A DNA stretch of 64,000 nt from Balanoglossus misakiensis (lineage: Eukaryota > Animalia > Hemichordata), in the NCBI GenBank assembly GCA_040954595.2, contig CM082576.2, positions 2,888,760-2,952,759 of the forward strand, written 5' to 3'. Of the stretch, positions 1 to 12,900 are shown piece after piece. Numbering within the stretch: the first letter of the stretch is position 1; each line of letters begins with the position of its first letter. The translations under genes were made by a program, and so were the position numbers. The notes under the pieces are model-generated. The model worked only from the letters and a program-made list of their open reading frames with translations, searched no databases and was not told the DNA's origin.

Positions 1-3000
1 CGAAATGCCGGGTAATCCGAATTGCGATTGGTTCATAAAACAGATCCCGGGGTACGAAGCCGGATTATGAACTAACGCCATTCTGAGATGAATTGAAATG
101 TGATGTGCTACGCTGGAAGGATGTACGCCGAATAAAAAATTGAACAGCAACATTTACCGCCGCTTGTCTTCGGTGGAACACTGTAGTAATATTATGGAAA
201 AAGGTAAAAATCCCCCCGGGCAATCAGACGGAGTATTCACATACAATCGCGATACAAATAACGTCATAAATAACTGTCGTCTTGCAAATGTACACGCGTA
301 GATGAAATTGCAAGTCGAATAATTTTATTTGAGTGTTCTTCAAAAAGCAGACTATTTTGAAAGAGACTGAGCATTTACGTGAACGCATCATCTTATAATG
401 CCAAGACGGCGAAGAATGGTGTGTTCGAACACCGACATTCAAGGCATCATCGCGCCGTCGAGAATGAAGTCCCGCGATGACTTAGCATTCAACACGCCAC
501 ATTTAATTGCAAACTCAAATCGACTGGAATGACACCATATTAATGACATCGAGTTAAGTCGCCGTTTAAGAACCAACATCTGAAGACTACAGATTACCAG
601 TCACAGGTGCCGATGATAACTGTATTAAAGTTTCATCATTTCTCAGCGGGGCCACGTGACTAATGCACTGTTCTGCGCCACCGGTTTCCAAGTCGACGAC
701 TGCGGGTTTTTTCTTGCATTGTAAACTTGCAATGCGAGGTTAGCAGGATGAGCTCAAGTGTTTTGTTTGGACGATTTCTCATGCGAACGTGGGTTCGATG
801 GTGTCCCCTGGCGGAAACCCAACTATAACTCTGTTTTGAAAGCCAAAGGATCAAAAACGTCCTGCGCATCGCAAGTTTCCCCATTCTTCTTCTGCTCAAA
901 AAGCCGCAACCAGGCAAGGCAAGCCAGGAACTTCATGTCAAAAGTAATGCGACAATACTGAAACACTTAACACTAAGACGTGCTAGATTGTGAATACACG
1001 AGATGCAATTACACAGAAAATGTAATTAAAACCGTCCCTGACGGATTTTCAAGCCTTGATGTGTAAAAAGAGGGCCTCGTTTGTACGATCTCCAAGATAT
1101 TACGGCAAAATTGAGTGACAGAACTTTTAATGTGGTCAATTTATTTTAATTAGTGACCGGTATTGATTGCAGCACAATCGGGACTCACTCCGGCCCGTCA
1201 AATTTGTTCCGAAAATGTCTGCAATTAAACAATCACGCGTGGAACGTTTTATTAAATGAAGTGAGATATGGACACGAATCAGAACCTTCAGTTCAAGGAC
1301 TGTGTTCCTGTCAGTTTCTCAGAATAAAACGACTGTGACAAAACAAGATCAGATTTTACACCTAGCCATCGCGGGTAGCTTTCGTGATCATCTTTTTTCG
1401 CGAGTGATCAACAGACGGGCAATACGGTAAAACGCCGATGAATCATTGACAAAAAAATGACATGTGATTTCCCAATAAAAGTTTCAATAAAAGCATCTAA
1501 TGGGCACAGTTGGTTTTCGAATGACGCCTACAGTGATTGATTGCACATTATCTTTCAATGTCACACGAGACAGTTATGGAAAAAAAAATCAACAAAACAG
1601 GTCATCATGGATGACACAGACCCTGCCGGTATCTGGAATCAGCTGAATTAACGTCACTGCGAGGCCGAGAAATGGAGATCAATCACAGGGCCAAATTGGG
1701 AAAGAAATCGGAGGAACTTAATCATCACTGTGTAATATGTCCTGTCAAACATCTTGGGTTTTCTACAGATCCACTGGTTACCTTCGGTTAAACATCTTCG
1801 AAGTTAAAACACTTTTCCTACTCGACTCACAGTCACTTCGTCACGTGCACTCGCACCATAGCTGTGGATAGCGTTCTAAGTGGAAAGCTTGAAGTAAGGT
1901 GAAATTCTCGGGGCATCACCTGCGTTCTGCATTCAATTTGCAAGATTATGTATAGAGAATAACTGCATTTGGTGACAGAGATGTGACGAAGTTGCCGGGC
2001 AAATCAAATCTTTGCCGGCGCGTTAAATCATTTGATGTCTGCTGACGTTAACGAGAGCTCAATTTAAGAAATTACCTTTCTCTACGTTTATCAGCCCGGA
2101 TCACGTTTATGTGAGACCCCCTTTTACATTATCTCTCTCCATCGTCGAAATCTCATTCTCAAACGTTGCTTGTGACAACACCGCCTGCTAATACAGCATC
2201 AATCTATTATCTCACCATCTTTTCCCTTACGGCTGAAACAATATGCTTCACATTTCCGTCAAATTTTGGTCCTGCGTGGGGCAATTTATGTCCTCGTAAT
2301 TCTCATGATGACAGTAGCATTAAAAGGCTCGGTCACGTGAAAATGAATGCGTAGAAGGACGGTGCAAATCGAAGTCGCAATTTCTCACAAAAACTTTAAA
2401 CAAAAATAAATGTAGGTTTCTATATGTGCCGTGTGGCACCAACTAGCTAGCCAGGCTATGTTTATTTCGGGTAGGAGAAACTCTCTAAAACATGTATTGG
2501 CCTCGTGGGTTAAAGATGGCTTTTCAAGTGCGCCCTCACGCGGTTGCAGATAGCCTGAGAGTAGCCAATCATGTAACGCCTTACTCGGTCGGAACGCTAG
2601 CAACATATTCTACCCCGATCAGTGGCAGCATAGAAGATGGAATTTGGCCTGACAGGGCACACGCGTAATCTCATGTAAAAACCGTAAAAGCATATTTGCT
2701 CAAATCCAGGCCCGTGTAATTCTATAGTTCGGATTATCAAACTAATAAGGTAATACCGGATTGAATATTTAAGCGATGGTTTCCGCACAGGGAGTATACT
2801 CTTTGCTAAATTCTAAATTCCCACGGGAAACTGATGCTGATGACGATCTGATAGAAAATGTTCTCAGATTACATTTTAGTTTAATGAACATGTTCTCTAT
2901 GATGCTATAACCGTACAGTAAAGTAAGCATGGACAAAGCCATATGTGCTGAATTTTTGAAGACACAAAAACTTCTCATGCATAATTTTAGACAAATGTCA

Positions 3001-3108
3001 CTCGAGACTGAATTTGTCTCATTTCAAGCGATAATATCGTGGAAATCCTGATGCCACATTGGTGCTATAGGGAATGATCATTTCCGTTCTTGACAGATTT
3101 GATAGTTC

Positions 3109-3124
3109 GATCGATAGATCGATC

Positions 3125-3199
<75 letters not shown>

Positions 3200-3220
3200 G
3201 AACAGCCAGACAGACAGATA
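3109..3220 (+). repeat. Compound tetranucleotide microsatellite (GATC)/(GATA)n/(GACA)n
   Basis: gatcgatagatcgatc-(gata)~10-(gaca)~8-...cagacagata read directly. Confidence 0.95.
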
Positions 3221-3625
3221 GGGATACAATAAAGTTCTATGTTATCTCGTTGAATGGACATTTCTCAGCATTGATATAGTATCGCGTGTTCTTCCCAGAA
3301 GTTCTCTGTAACACGCTTTTTATTGTTACAGCTTACTTGTAATGCAAACACTGCAAACGTTTTGGTGCAGTGCTACAATCTCATTAAGGGTTGTATCGTT
3401 TTATCACACCATTATGTTTTCAAAGGAGTCCATGATACATTACTTATAGGCGAACTCACCGGAGGCAAGGACTTGCTTTTTAACGTACCGAACCTATAGG
3501 GAGAATCGAGAACACTTCCAACGTCCGGAGAGATATGTCTGGCGGTCTATTCATAAAGGTGCACAATGTTTTAGATAGAGAGTCCAGATATAATACACTG
3601 TGGTATACCACTGGAAGCTCGCCAG

Positions 3626-3963
3626 TATGACATGTGAATGCCAAAATCACCAAAATTCACAAAGTCAAGAATTTGTCATTTTTTGAGCGTGTATGAGCTA
3701 TAATCCAATGCATATGACATGAGAATGCCAAAATCATCAAAATTTACAAAGTCAAGAATTTGTCATTTTTTGAGCGTGTATGAGCTATAATCCATGCATA
3801 TGACATGAAAATGCCAAAATCACCAAAATTCACAAAGTCAAGAATTTGTCATTGTTTGAGCGTGTATGAGCTACATTGTATAATCCATGCATGTGACATT
3901 AAAATGCAAAAATCACCAAAATTCACAAAGTCAAGAATTTGTAATTTTTTGAGCCTGTATGAG
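3626..3963 (+). repeat. Left arm: ~3.9 tandem copies of ~86-bp monomer A
   Basis: Units start at 3626, 3713, 3799, 3892 (periods 87, 86, 93; third unit has a 7-bp insertion). Consensus tatgacatgaraatgccaaaatcaccaaaattcacaaagtcaagaatttgtcattttttgagcgtgtatgagctataatccatgca. Confidence 0.95.
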
Positions 3964-6900
3964 ATTTTTGAAATTTTGGAAAGTCGAAAAATTGTCATTT
4001 GTGGATGATTTTCATGAGCTATAACCCATGATTTTTGCAAAAAATGAAGAAATTTTGAAATTTCGGAAAGTCGAAAAGTTGTCATTTGTGGATGATTTTC
4101 ATGAGCTATAACCCATGAATTTTGCAAAAAATGAATAAATTTCGAAATTTCGGAAAGTCGAAAAATTGTCATTTGTGGATGATTTTCATGAGCTATAACC
4201 CATGATTTTTGCAAAAAATGAAGAAATTTTGAAATTTCGGAAAGTCGACAAATTGTCATTTGTGGATGATTTTCATGAGCTATAACCCATGATTTTTGCA
4301 AAAAATGAAGAAATTTTGAAATTTCGGAAAGTCGACAAATTGTCATTTGTGGATGATTTTCATGAGCTATAACCCATGATTTTTGCAAAAAATGAAGAAA
4401 TTTTGAAATTTCGGAAAGTCGACAAATTGTCATTTGTGGATGATTTTCATGAGCTATAACCCATGATTTTTGCAAAAAATGAAGAAATTTTGAAATTTCG
4501 GAAAGTCGACAAATTGTCATTTGTGGATGATTTTCATGAGCTATAACCCATGATTTTTGCAAAAAATGAAGAAATTTTGAAATTTCGGAAAGTCGAAAAA
4601 TTGTCATTTGTGGATGATTTTCATGAGCTATAACCCATGATTTTTGCAAAAAATGAAGAAATTTTGAAATTTCGGAAAGTCGAAAAATTGTCATTTGTGG
4701 ATGATTTTCATGAGCTATAACCCATGATTTTTGCAAAAAATGAAGAAATTTTGAAATTTCGGAAAGTCGAAAAATTGTCATTTGTGGATGATTTCCATGA
4801 GCTATAACCCATGATTTTTTGCAAAAAATGAAGAAATTTCGAAATTTCGGAAAGTCGAAAAATTGTCATTTGTGGGTGATTTTCATGAGCTATAACCCAT
4901 GATTTTTGCAAAAAATGAAGAAATTTTGAAATTTCGGAAAGTCGAAAAATTGTCATTTGTGGGTGATTTTCATGAGCTATAACCCATGATTTTTGCAAAA
5001 AATGAAGAAATTTTGAAATTTCGGAAAGTCGAAAAATTGTCATTTGTGGGTGATTTTCATGAGCTATAACCCATGATTTTTGCAAAAAATGAAGAAATTT
5101 TGAAATTTCGGAAAGTCGAAAAATTGTCATTTGTGGATGATTTTCATGAGCTATAACCCATGATTTTTGCAAAAAATGAAGAAATTTTGAAATTTCGGAA
5201 AGTCGAAAAATTGTCATTTGTGGGTGATTTTCATGAGCTATAACCCATGATTTTTGCAAAAAATGAAGAAATTTTGAAATTTCGGAAAGTCGAAAAATTG
5301 TCATTTGTGGGTGATTTTCATGAGCTATAACCCATGATTTTTGCAAAAAATGAAGAAATTTTGAAATTTCGGAAAGTCGAAAAATTGTCATTTGTGGATG
5401 ATTTTCATGAGCTATAACCCATGATTTTTGCAAAAAATGAAGAAATTTTGAAATTTCGGAAAGTCGAAAAATTGTCATTTGTGGATGATTTTCATGAGCT
5501 ATAACCCATGATTTTTGCAAAAAATGAAGAAATTTTGAAATTTCGGAAAGTCGAAAAATTGTCATTTGTGGATGATTTTCATGAGCTATAACCCATGATT
5601 TTTGCAAAAAATGAAGAAATTTTGAAATTTCGGAAAGTCGACAAATTGTCATTTGTGGATGATTTTCATGAGCTATAACCCATGATTTTTGCAAAAAATG
5701 AAGAAATTTTGAAATTTCGGAAAGTCGACAAATTGTCATTTGGTGATGATTTTCATGAGCTATAACCCATGATTTTTGCAAAAAATGAAGAAATTTTGAA
5801 ATTTCGGAAAGTCGAAAAATTGTCATTTGTGGATGATTTTCATGAGCTATAACCCATGATTTTTGCAAAAAATGAAGAAATTTTGAAATTTCGGAAAGTC
5901 GAAAAATTGTCATTTGTGGATGATTTTCATGAGCTATATTTTGCAAAAAATGAAGAAATTTCGAAATTTCGGAAAGTCGAAAAATTGTCATTTGTGGGTG
6001 ATTTTCATGAGCTATAACCCATGATTTTTGCAAAAAATGAAGAAATTTGGAAATTTCGGAAAGTCGAAAAATTGTCATTTGTGGGTGATTTTCATGAGCT
6101 ATAACCCATGATTTTTGCAAAAAATGAAGAAATTTTGAAATTTCGGAAAGTCGAAAAATTGTCATTTGTGGGTGATTTTCATGAGCTATAACCCATGATT
6201 TTTGCAAAAAATGAAGAAATTTTGAAATTTCGGAAAGTCGAAAAATTGTCATTTGTGGATGATTTTCATGAGCTATAACCCATGATTTTTGCAAAAAATG
6301 AAGAAATTTTGAAATTTCGGAAAGTCGAAAAATTGTCATTTGTGGATGATTTTCATGAGCTATAACCCATGATTTTTGCAAAAAATGAAGAAATTTTGAA
6401 ATTTCGGAAAGTCGAAAAATTGTCATTTGTGGGTGATTTTCATGAGCTATAACCCATGATTTTTGCAAAAAATGAAGAAATTTTGAAATTTCGGAAAGTC
6501 GAAAAATTGTCATTTGTGGGTGATTTTCATGAGCTATAACCCATGATTTTTGCAAAAAATGAAGAAATTTTGAAATTTCGGAAAGTCGAAAAATTGTCAT
6601 TTGTGGATGATTTTCATGAGCTATAACCCATGATTTTTGCAAAAAATGAAGAAATTTTGAAATTTCGGAAAGTCGAAAAATTGTCATTTGTGGATGATTT
6701 TCATGAGCTATAACCCATGATTTTTGGAAAAAATGAAGAAATTTTGAAATTTCGGAAAGTCGAAAAATTGTCATTTGTGGATGATTTTCATGAGCTATAA
6801 CCCATGATTTTTGGAAAAAATGAAGAAATTTTGAAATTTCGGAAAGTCGAAAAATTGTCATTTGTGTATGATTTTCATGAGCTATAACCCATGATTTTTG

Positions 6901-9900
6901 CAAAAAATGAATAAATTTTGAAATTTCGGAAAGTCGAAAAATTGTCATTTGTGTATGATTTTCATGAGCTATAACCCATGATATTTGCAAAAAATGAAGA
7001 AATTTTGAAATTTCGGAAAGTCGACAAATTGTCATTTGTGGATGATTTTCATGAGCTATAACCCATGATTTTTGCAAAAAATGAAGAAATTTTGAAATTT
7101 CGGAAAGTCGACAAATTGTCATTTGTGGATGATTTTCATGAGCTATAACCCATGATTTTTGCAAAAAATGAAGAAATTTTGAAATTTCGGAAAGTCGAAA
7201 AGTTGTCATTTATGGATGATTTTCATGAGCTATAACCCATGATTTTTGCAAGAAATGAATAAATTTTGAAATTTCGGAAAGTCGAAAAGTTGTCATTTGT
7301 GGATGATTTTCATGAGCTATAACCCATGATTTTTTGCAAGAAATGAAAAAATTTTGAAATTTCGGAAAGTCGAAAAGTTGTCATTTGTGGATGATTTTCA
7401 TGAGCTATAACCCATGATTTTTGCAAGAAATGAATAAATTTTGAAATTTCGGAAAGTCGAAAAGTTGTCATTTGTGGATGATTTTCATGAGCTATAACCC
7501 ATGATTTTTGCAAGAAATGAATAAATTTTGAAATTTCGGAAAGTCGAAAAGTTGTCATTTGTGGATGATTTTCATGAGCTATAACCCATGATTTTTGCAA
7601 AAAATGAAGAAATTTTGAAATTTCGGAAAGTCGAAAAGTTGTCATTTGTGGATGATTTTCATGAGCTATAACCCATGATTTTTGCAAAAAATGAAGAAAT
7701 TTTGAATTTTCGGAAAGTCGAAAAGTTGTCATTTGTGGATGATTTTCATGAGCTATAACCCATGATTTTTGCAAAAAATGAATAAATTTTGAAATTTCGG
7801 AAAGTCGAAAAATTGTCATTTGTGGATGATTTTCATGAGCTATAACCCATGATGTTTGCAAAAAATGAAGAAATTTTGAAATTTCGGAAAGTCGAAAAAT
7901 TGTCATTTGTGGATGATTTTCATGAGCTATAACCCATGATTTTTGCAAAAAATGAAGAAATTTTGAAATTTCGGAAAGTCGAAAAATTGTCATTTGTGGA
8001 TGATTTTCATGAGCTATAACCCATGATTTTTGCAAAAAATGAAGAAATTTTGAAATTTCGGAAAGTCGAAAAGTTGTCATTTATGGATGATTTTCATGAG
8101 CTATAACCCATGATTTTTGCAAAAAATGAATAAATTTTGAAATTTCGGAAAGTCGAAAAGTTGTCATTTGTGGATGATTTTCATGAGCTATAACCCATGA
8201 TTTTTGCAAGAAATGAATAAATTTTGAAATTTCGGAAAGTCGAAAAGTTGTCATTTGTGGATGATTTTCATGAGCTATAACCCATGATTTTTTGCAAGAA
8301 ATGAATAAATTTTGAAATTTCGGAAAGTCGAAAAGTTGTCATTTGTGGATGATTTTCATGAGCTATAACCCATGATTTTTGCAAGAAATGAATAAATTTT
8401 GAAATTTCGGAAAGTCGAAAAGTTGTCATTTGTGGATGATTTTCATGAGCTATAACCCATGATTTTTGCAAGAAATGAATAAATTTTGAAATTTCGGAAA
8501 GTCGAAAAGTTGTCATTTGTGGATGATTTTCATGAGCTATAACCCATGATTTTTGCAAATAATGAAGAAATTTTGAAATTTCGGAAAGTCGAAAAGTTGT
8601 CATTTGTGGATGATTTTCATGAGCTATAACCCATGATTTTTGCAAAAAATGAAGAAATTTTGAAATTTCGGAAAGTCGAAAAGTTGTCATTTGTCGATGA
8701 TTTTCATGAGCTATAACCCATGATTTTTGCAAAAAATGAAGAAATTTTGAATTTTCGGAAAGTCGAAAAGTTGTCATTTGTGGATGATTTTCATGAGCTA
8801 TAACCCATGATTTTTGCAAAAAATGAATAAATTTTGAAATTTCGGAAAGTCGAAAAATTGTCATTTGTGGATGATTTTCATGAGCTATAACCCATGATGT
8901 TTGCAAAAAATGAAGAAATTTTGAAATTTCGGAAAGTCGAAAAATTGTCATTTGTGGATGATTTTCATGAGCTATAACCCATGATTTTTGCAAAAAATGA
9001 AGAAATTTTGAAATTTCGGAAAGTCGAAAAATTGTCATTTGTGGATGATTTTCATGAGCTATAACCCATGATTTTTGCAAAAAATGAAGAAATTTTGAAA
9101 TTTCGGAAAGTCGAAAAATTGTCATTTGTGGATGATTTTCATGAGCTATAACCCATGATTTTTGCAAAAAATGAAGAAATTTTGAAATTTCGGAAAGTCG
9201 ACAAATTGTCATTTGTGGATGATTTTCATGAGCTATAACCCATGATTTTTGCAAAAAATGAAGAAATTTCGAAATTTCGGAAAGTCGAAAAATTGTCATT
9301 TGTGGATGATTTTCATGAGCTATAACCCATGATTTTTGCAAAAAATGAAGAAATTTTGAAATTTCGGAAAGTCGAAAAGTTGTCATTTGTGGATGATTTT
9401 CATGAGCTATAACCCATGAATTTTGCAAAAAATGAATAAATTTCGAAATTTCGGAAAGTCGAAAAGTTGTCATTTGTGGATGATTTTCATGAGCTATAAC
9501 CCATGAATTTTGCAAAAAATGAATAAATTTCGAAATTTCGGAAAGTCGAAAAATTGTCATGTGTGGATGATTTTCATGAGCTATAACCCATGATTTTTGC
9601 AAAAAATGAAGAAAATTTTGAAATTTCGGAAAGTCGAAAAATTGTCATTTGTGGATGATTTTCATGAGCTATAACCCATGATTTTTGCAAAAAATGAAGA
9701 AATTTCGAAATTTCGGAAAGTCGAAAAATTGTCATTTGTGGATGATTTTCATGAGCTATAACCCATGATTTTTGCAAAAAATGAAGAAATTTCGAAATTT
9801 CGGAAAGTCGAAAAATTGTCATTTGTGGATGATTTTCATGAGCTATAACCCATGATTTTTGCAAAAAATGAAGAAATTTCGAAATTTCGGAAAGGCGAAA

Positions 9901-12900
9901 AGTTGTCATTTGTGGATGATTTTCATGAGGTATAACCCATGATTTTTGCAAAAAATGAAGAAATTTCGAAATTTCGGAAAGTCGAAAAGTTGTCATTTGT
10001 GGATGATTTTCATGAGCTATAACCCATGATTTTTGCAAAAAATGAAGAAATTTCGAAATTTCGGAAAGTCGAAAAGTTGTCATTTGTGGATGATTTTCAT
10101 GAGCTATAACCCATGAATTTTGCAAAAAATGAATAAATTTTGAAATTTCGGAAAGTCGAAAAATTGTCATTTGTGGATGATTTTCATGAGCTATAACCCA
10201 TGATTTTTGCAAAAAATGAAGAAATTTCGAAATTTCGGAAAGTCGAAAAATTGTCATTTGTGGGTGATTTTCATGAGCTATAACCCATGATTTTTGCAAA
10301 AAATGAAGAAATTTTGAAATTTCGGAAAGTCGAAAAATTGTCATTTGTGGGTGATTTTCATGAGCTATAACCCATGATTTTTGCAAAAAATGAAGAAATT
10401 TTGAAATTTCGGAAAGTCGAAAAATTGTCATTTGTGGGTGATTTTCATGAGCTATAACCCATGATTTTTGCAAAAAATGAAGAAATTTTGAAATTTCGGA
10501 AAGTCGAAAAATTGTCATTTGTGGGTGATTTTCATGAGCTATAACCCATGATTTTTGCAAAAAATGAAGAAATTTTGAAATTTCGGAAAGTCGAAAAATT
10601 GTCATTTGTGGATGATTTTCATGAGCTATAACCCATGATTTTTGCGAAAAATGAATAAATTTTGAAATTTCGGAAAGTCGAAAAATTGTCATTTGTGGAT
10701 GATTTTCATGAGCTATAACCCATGATTTTTGCAAAAAATGAAGAAATTTTGAAATTTCGGAAAGTCGAAAAATTGTCATTTGTGGGTGATTTTCATGAGC
10801 TATAACCCATGATTTTTGCAAAAAATGAAGAAATTTTGAAATTTCGGAAAGTCGAAAAATTGTCATTTGTGGGTGATTTTCATGAGCTATAACCCATGAT
10901 TTTTGCAAAAAATGAAGAAATTTTGAAATTTCGGAAAGTCGAAAAATTGTCATTTGTGGGTGATTTTCATGAGCTATAACCCATGATTTTTGCAAAAAAT
11001 GAATAAATTTTGAAATTTCGGAAAGTCGAAAAATTGTCATTTGTGGTGATTTTCATGAGCTATAACCCATGATTTTTGCAAAAAATGAATAAATTTTGAA
11101 ATTTCGGAAAGTCGAAAAATTGTCATTTGTGGGTGATTTTCATGAGCTATAACCCATGATTTTTGCAAAAAATGAAATAATTTTGAAATTTCGGAAAGTC
11201 GAAAAATTGTCATTTGTGGATGATTTTCATGAGCTATAACCCATGATTTTTGCAAAAAATGAAGAAATTTTGAAATTTCGGAAAGTCGAAAAATTGTCAT
11301 TTGTGGGTGATTTTCATGAGCTATAACCCATGATTTTTGCAAAAAATGAAGAAATTTTGAAATTTCGGAAAGTCGAAAAATTGTCATTTGTGGGTGATTT
11401 TCATGAGCTATAACCCATGATTTTTGCAAAAAATGAAGAAATTTTGAAATTTCGGAAAGTCGAAAAATTGTCATTTGTGGGTGATTTTCATGAGCTATAA
11501 CCCATGATTTTTGCAAAAAATGAAGAAATTTTGAAATTTCGGAAAGTCGAAAAATTGTCATTTGTGGATGATTTTCATGAGCTATAACCCATGATTTTTG
11601 CAAAAAATGAAGAAATTTTGAAATTTCGGAAAGTCGAACAATTGTCATTTGTGGGTGATTTTCATGAGCTATAACCCATGATTTTTGCAAAAAATGAAGA
11701 AATTTTGAAATTTCGAAAAGTCGAAAAATTGTCATTTGTGGGTGATTTTCATGAGCTATAACCCATGATTTTTGCAAAAAATGAAGAAATTTTGAAATTT
11801 CGGAAAGTCGAAAAATTGTCATTTGTGGGTAATTTTCATGAGCTATAACCCATGATTTTTGCAAAAAATGAATAAATTTTGAAATTTCGGAAAGTCGAAA
11901 AATTGTCATTTGTGGGTGATTTTCATGAGCTATAACCCATGATTTTTGCAAAAAATGAATAAATTTTGAAATTTCGGAAAGTCGAAAAATTGTCATTTGT
12001 GGGTGATTTTCATGAGCTATAACCCATGATTTTTGCAAAAAATGAAATAATTTTGAAATTTCGGAAAGTCGAAAAATTGTCATTTGTGGATGATTTTCAT
12101 GAGCTATAACCCATGATTTTTGCAAAAAATGAAGAAATTTTGAAATTTCGGAAAGTCGAAAAATTGTCATTTGTGGATGATTTTCATGAGCTATAACCCA
12201 TGATTTTTGCAAAAAATGAAGAAATTTTGAAATTTCGGAAAGTCGAAAAATTGTCATTTGTGGATGATTTTCATGAGCTATAACCCATGATTTTTGCAAA
12301 AAATGAAGAAATTTTGAAATTTCGGAAAGTCGAAAAATTGTCATTTGTGGATGATTTTCATGAGCTATAACCCATGATTTTTGCAAAAAATGAAGAAATT
12401 TTGAAATTTCGGAAAGTCGAAAAATTGTCATTTGTGGATGATTTTCATGAGCTATAACCCATGATTTTTGCAAAAAATGAAGAAATTTTGAAATTTCGGA
12501 AAGTCGAAAAATTGTCATTTGTGGGTGATTTTCATGAGCTATAACCCATGATTTTTGCAAAAAATGAAGAAATTTTGAAATTTCGGAAAGTCGAAAAATT
12601 GTCATTTGTGGGTGATTTTCATGAGCTATAACCCATGATTTTTGCAAAAAATGAAGAAATTTTGAAATTTCGGAAAGTCGAAAAATTGTCATTTGTGGAT
12701 GATTTTCATGAGCTATAACCCATGATTTTTGCAAAAAATGAAGAAATTTTGAAATTTCGGAAAGTCGAAAAATTGTCATTTGTGGATGATTTTCATGAGC
12801 TATAACCCATGATTTTTGCAAAAAATGAAGAAATTTTGAAATTTCGGAAAGTCGAAAAATTGTCATTTGTGGATGATTTTCATGAGCTATAACCCATGAT

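Noticed and set aside
4061-4077. CENP-B box in monomer B (tttcggaaagtcgaaaa)
   Set aside because: CpG spacing is 6 nt rather than 7, and the A and CGGG positions of TTCGnnnnAnnCGGG are not matched on either strand.
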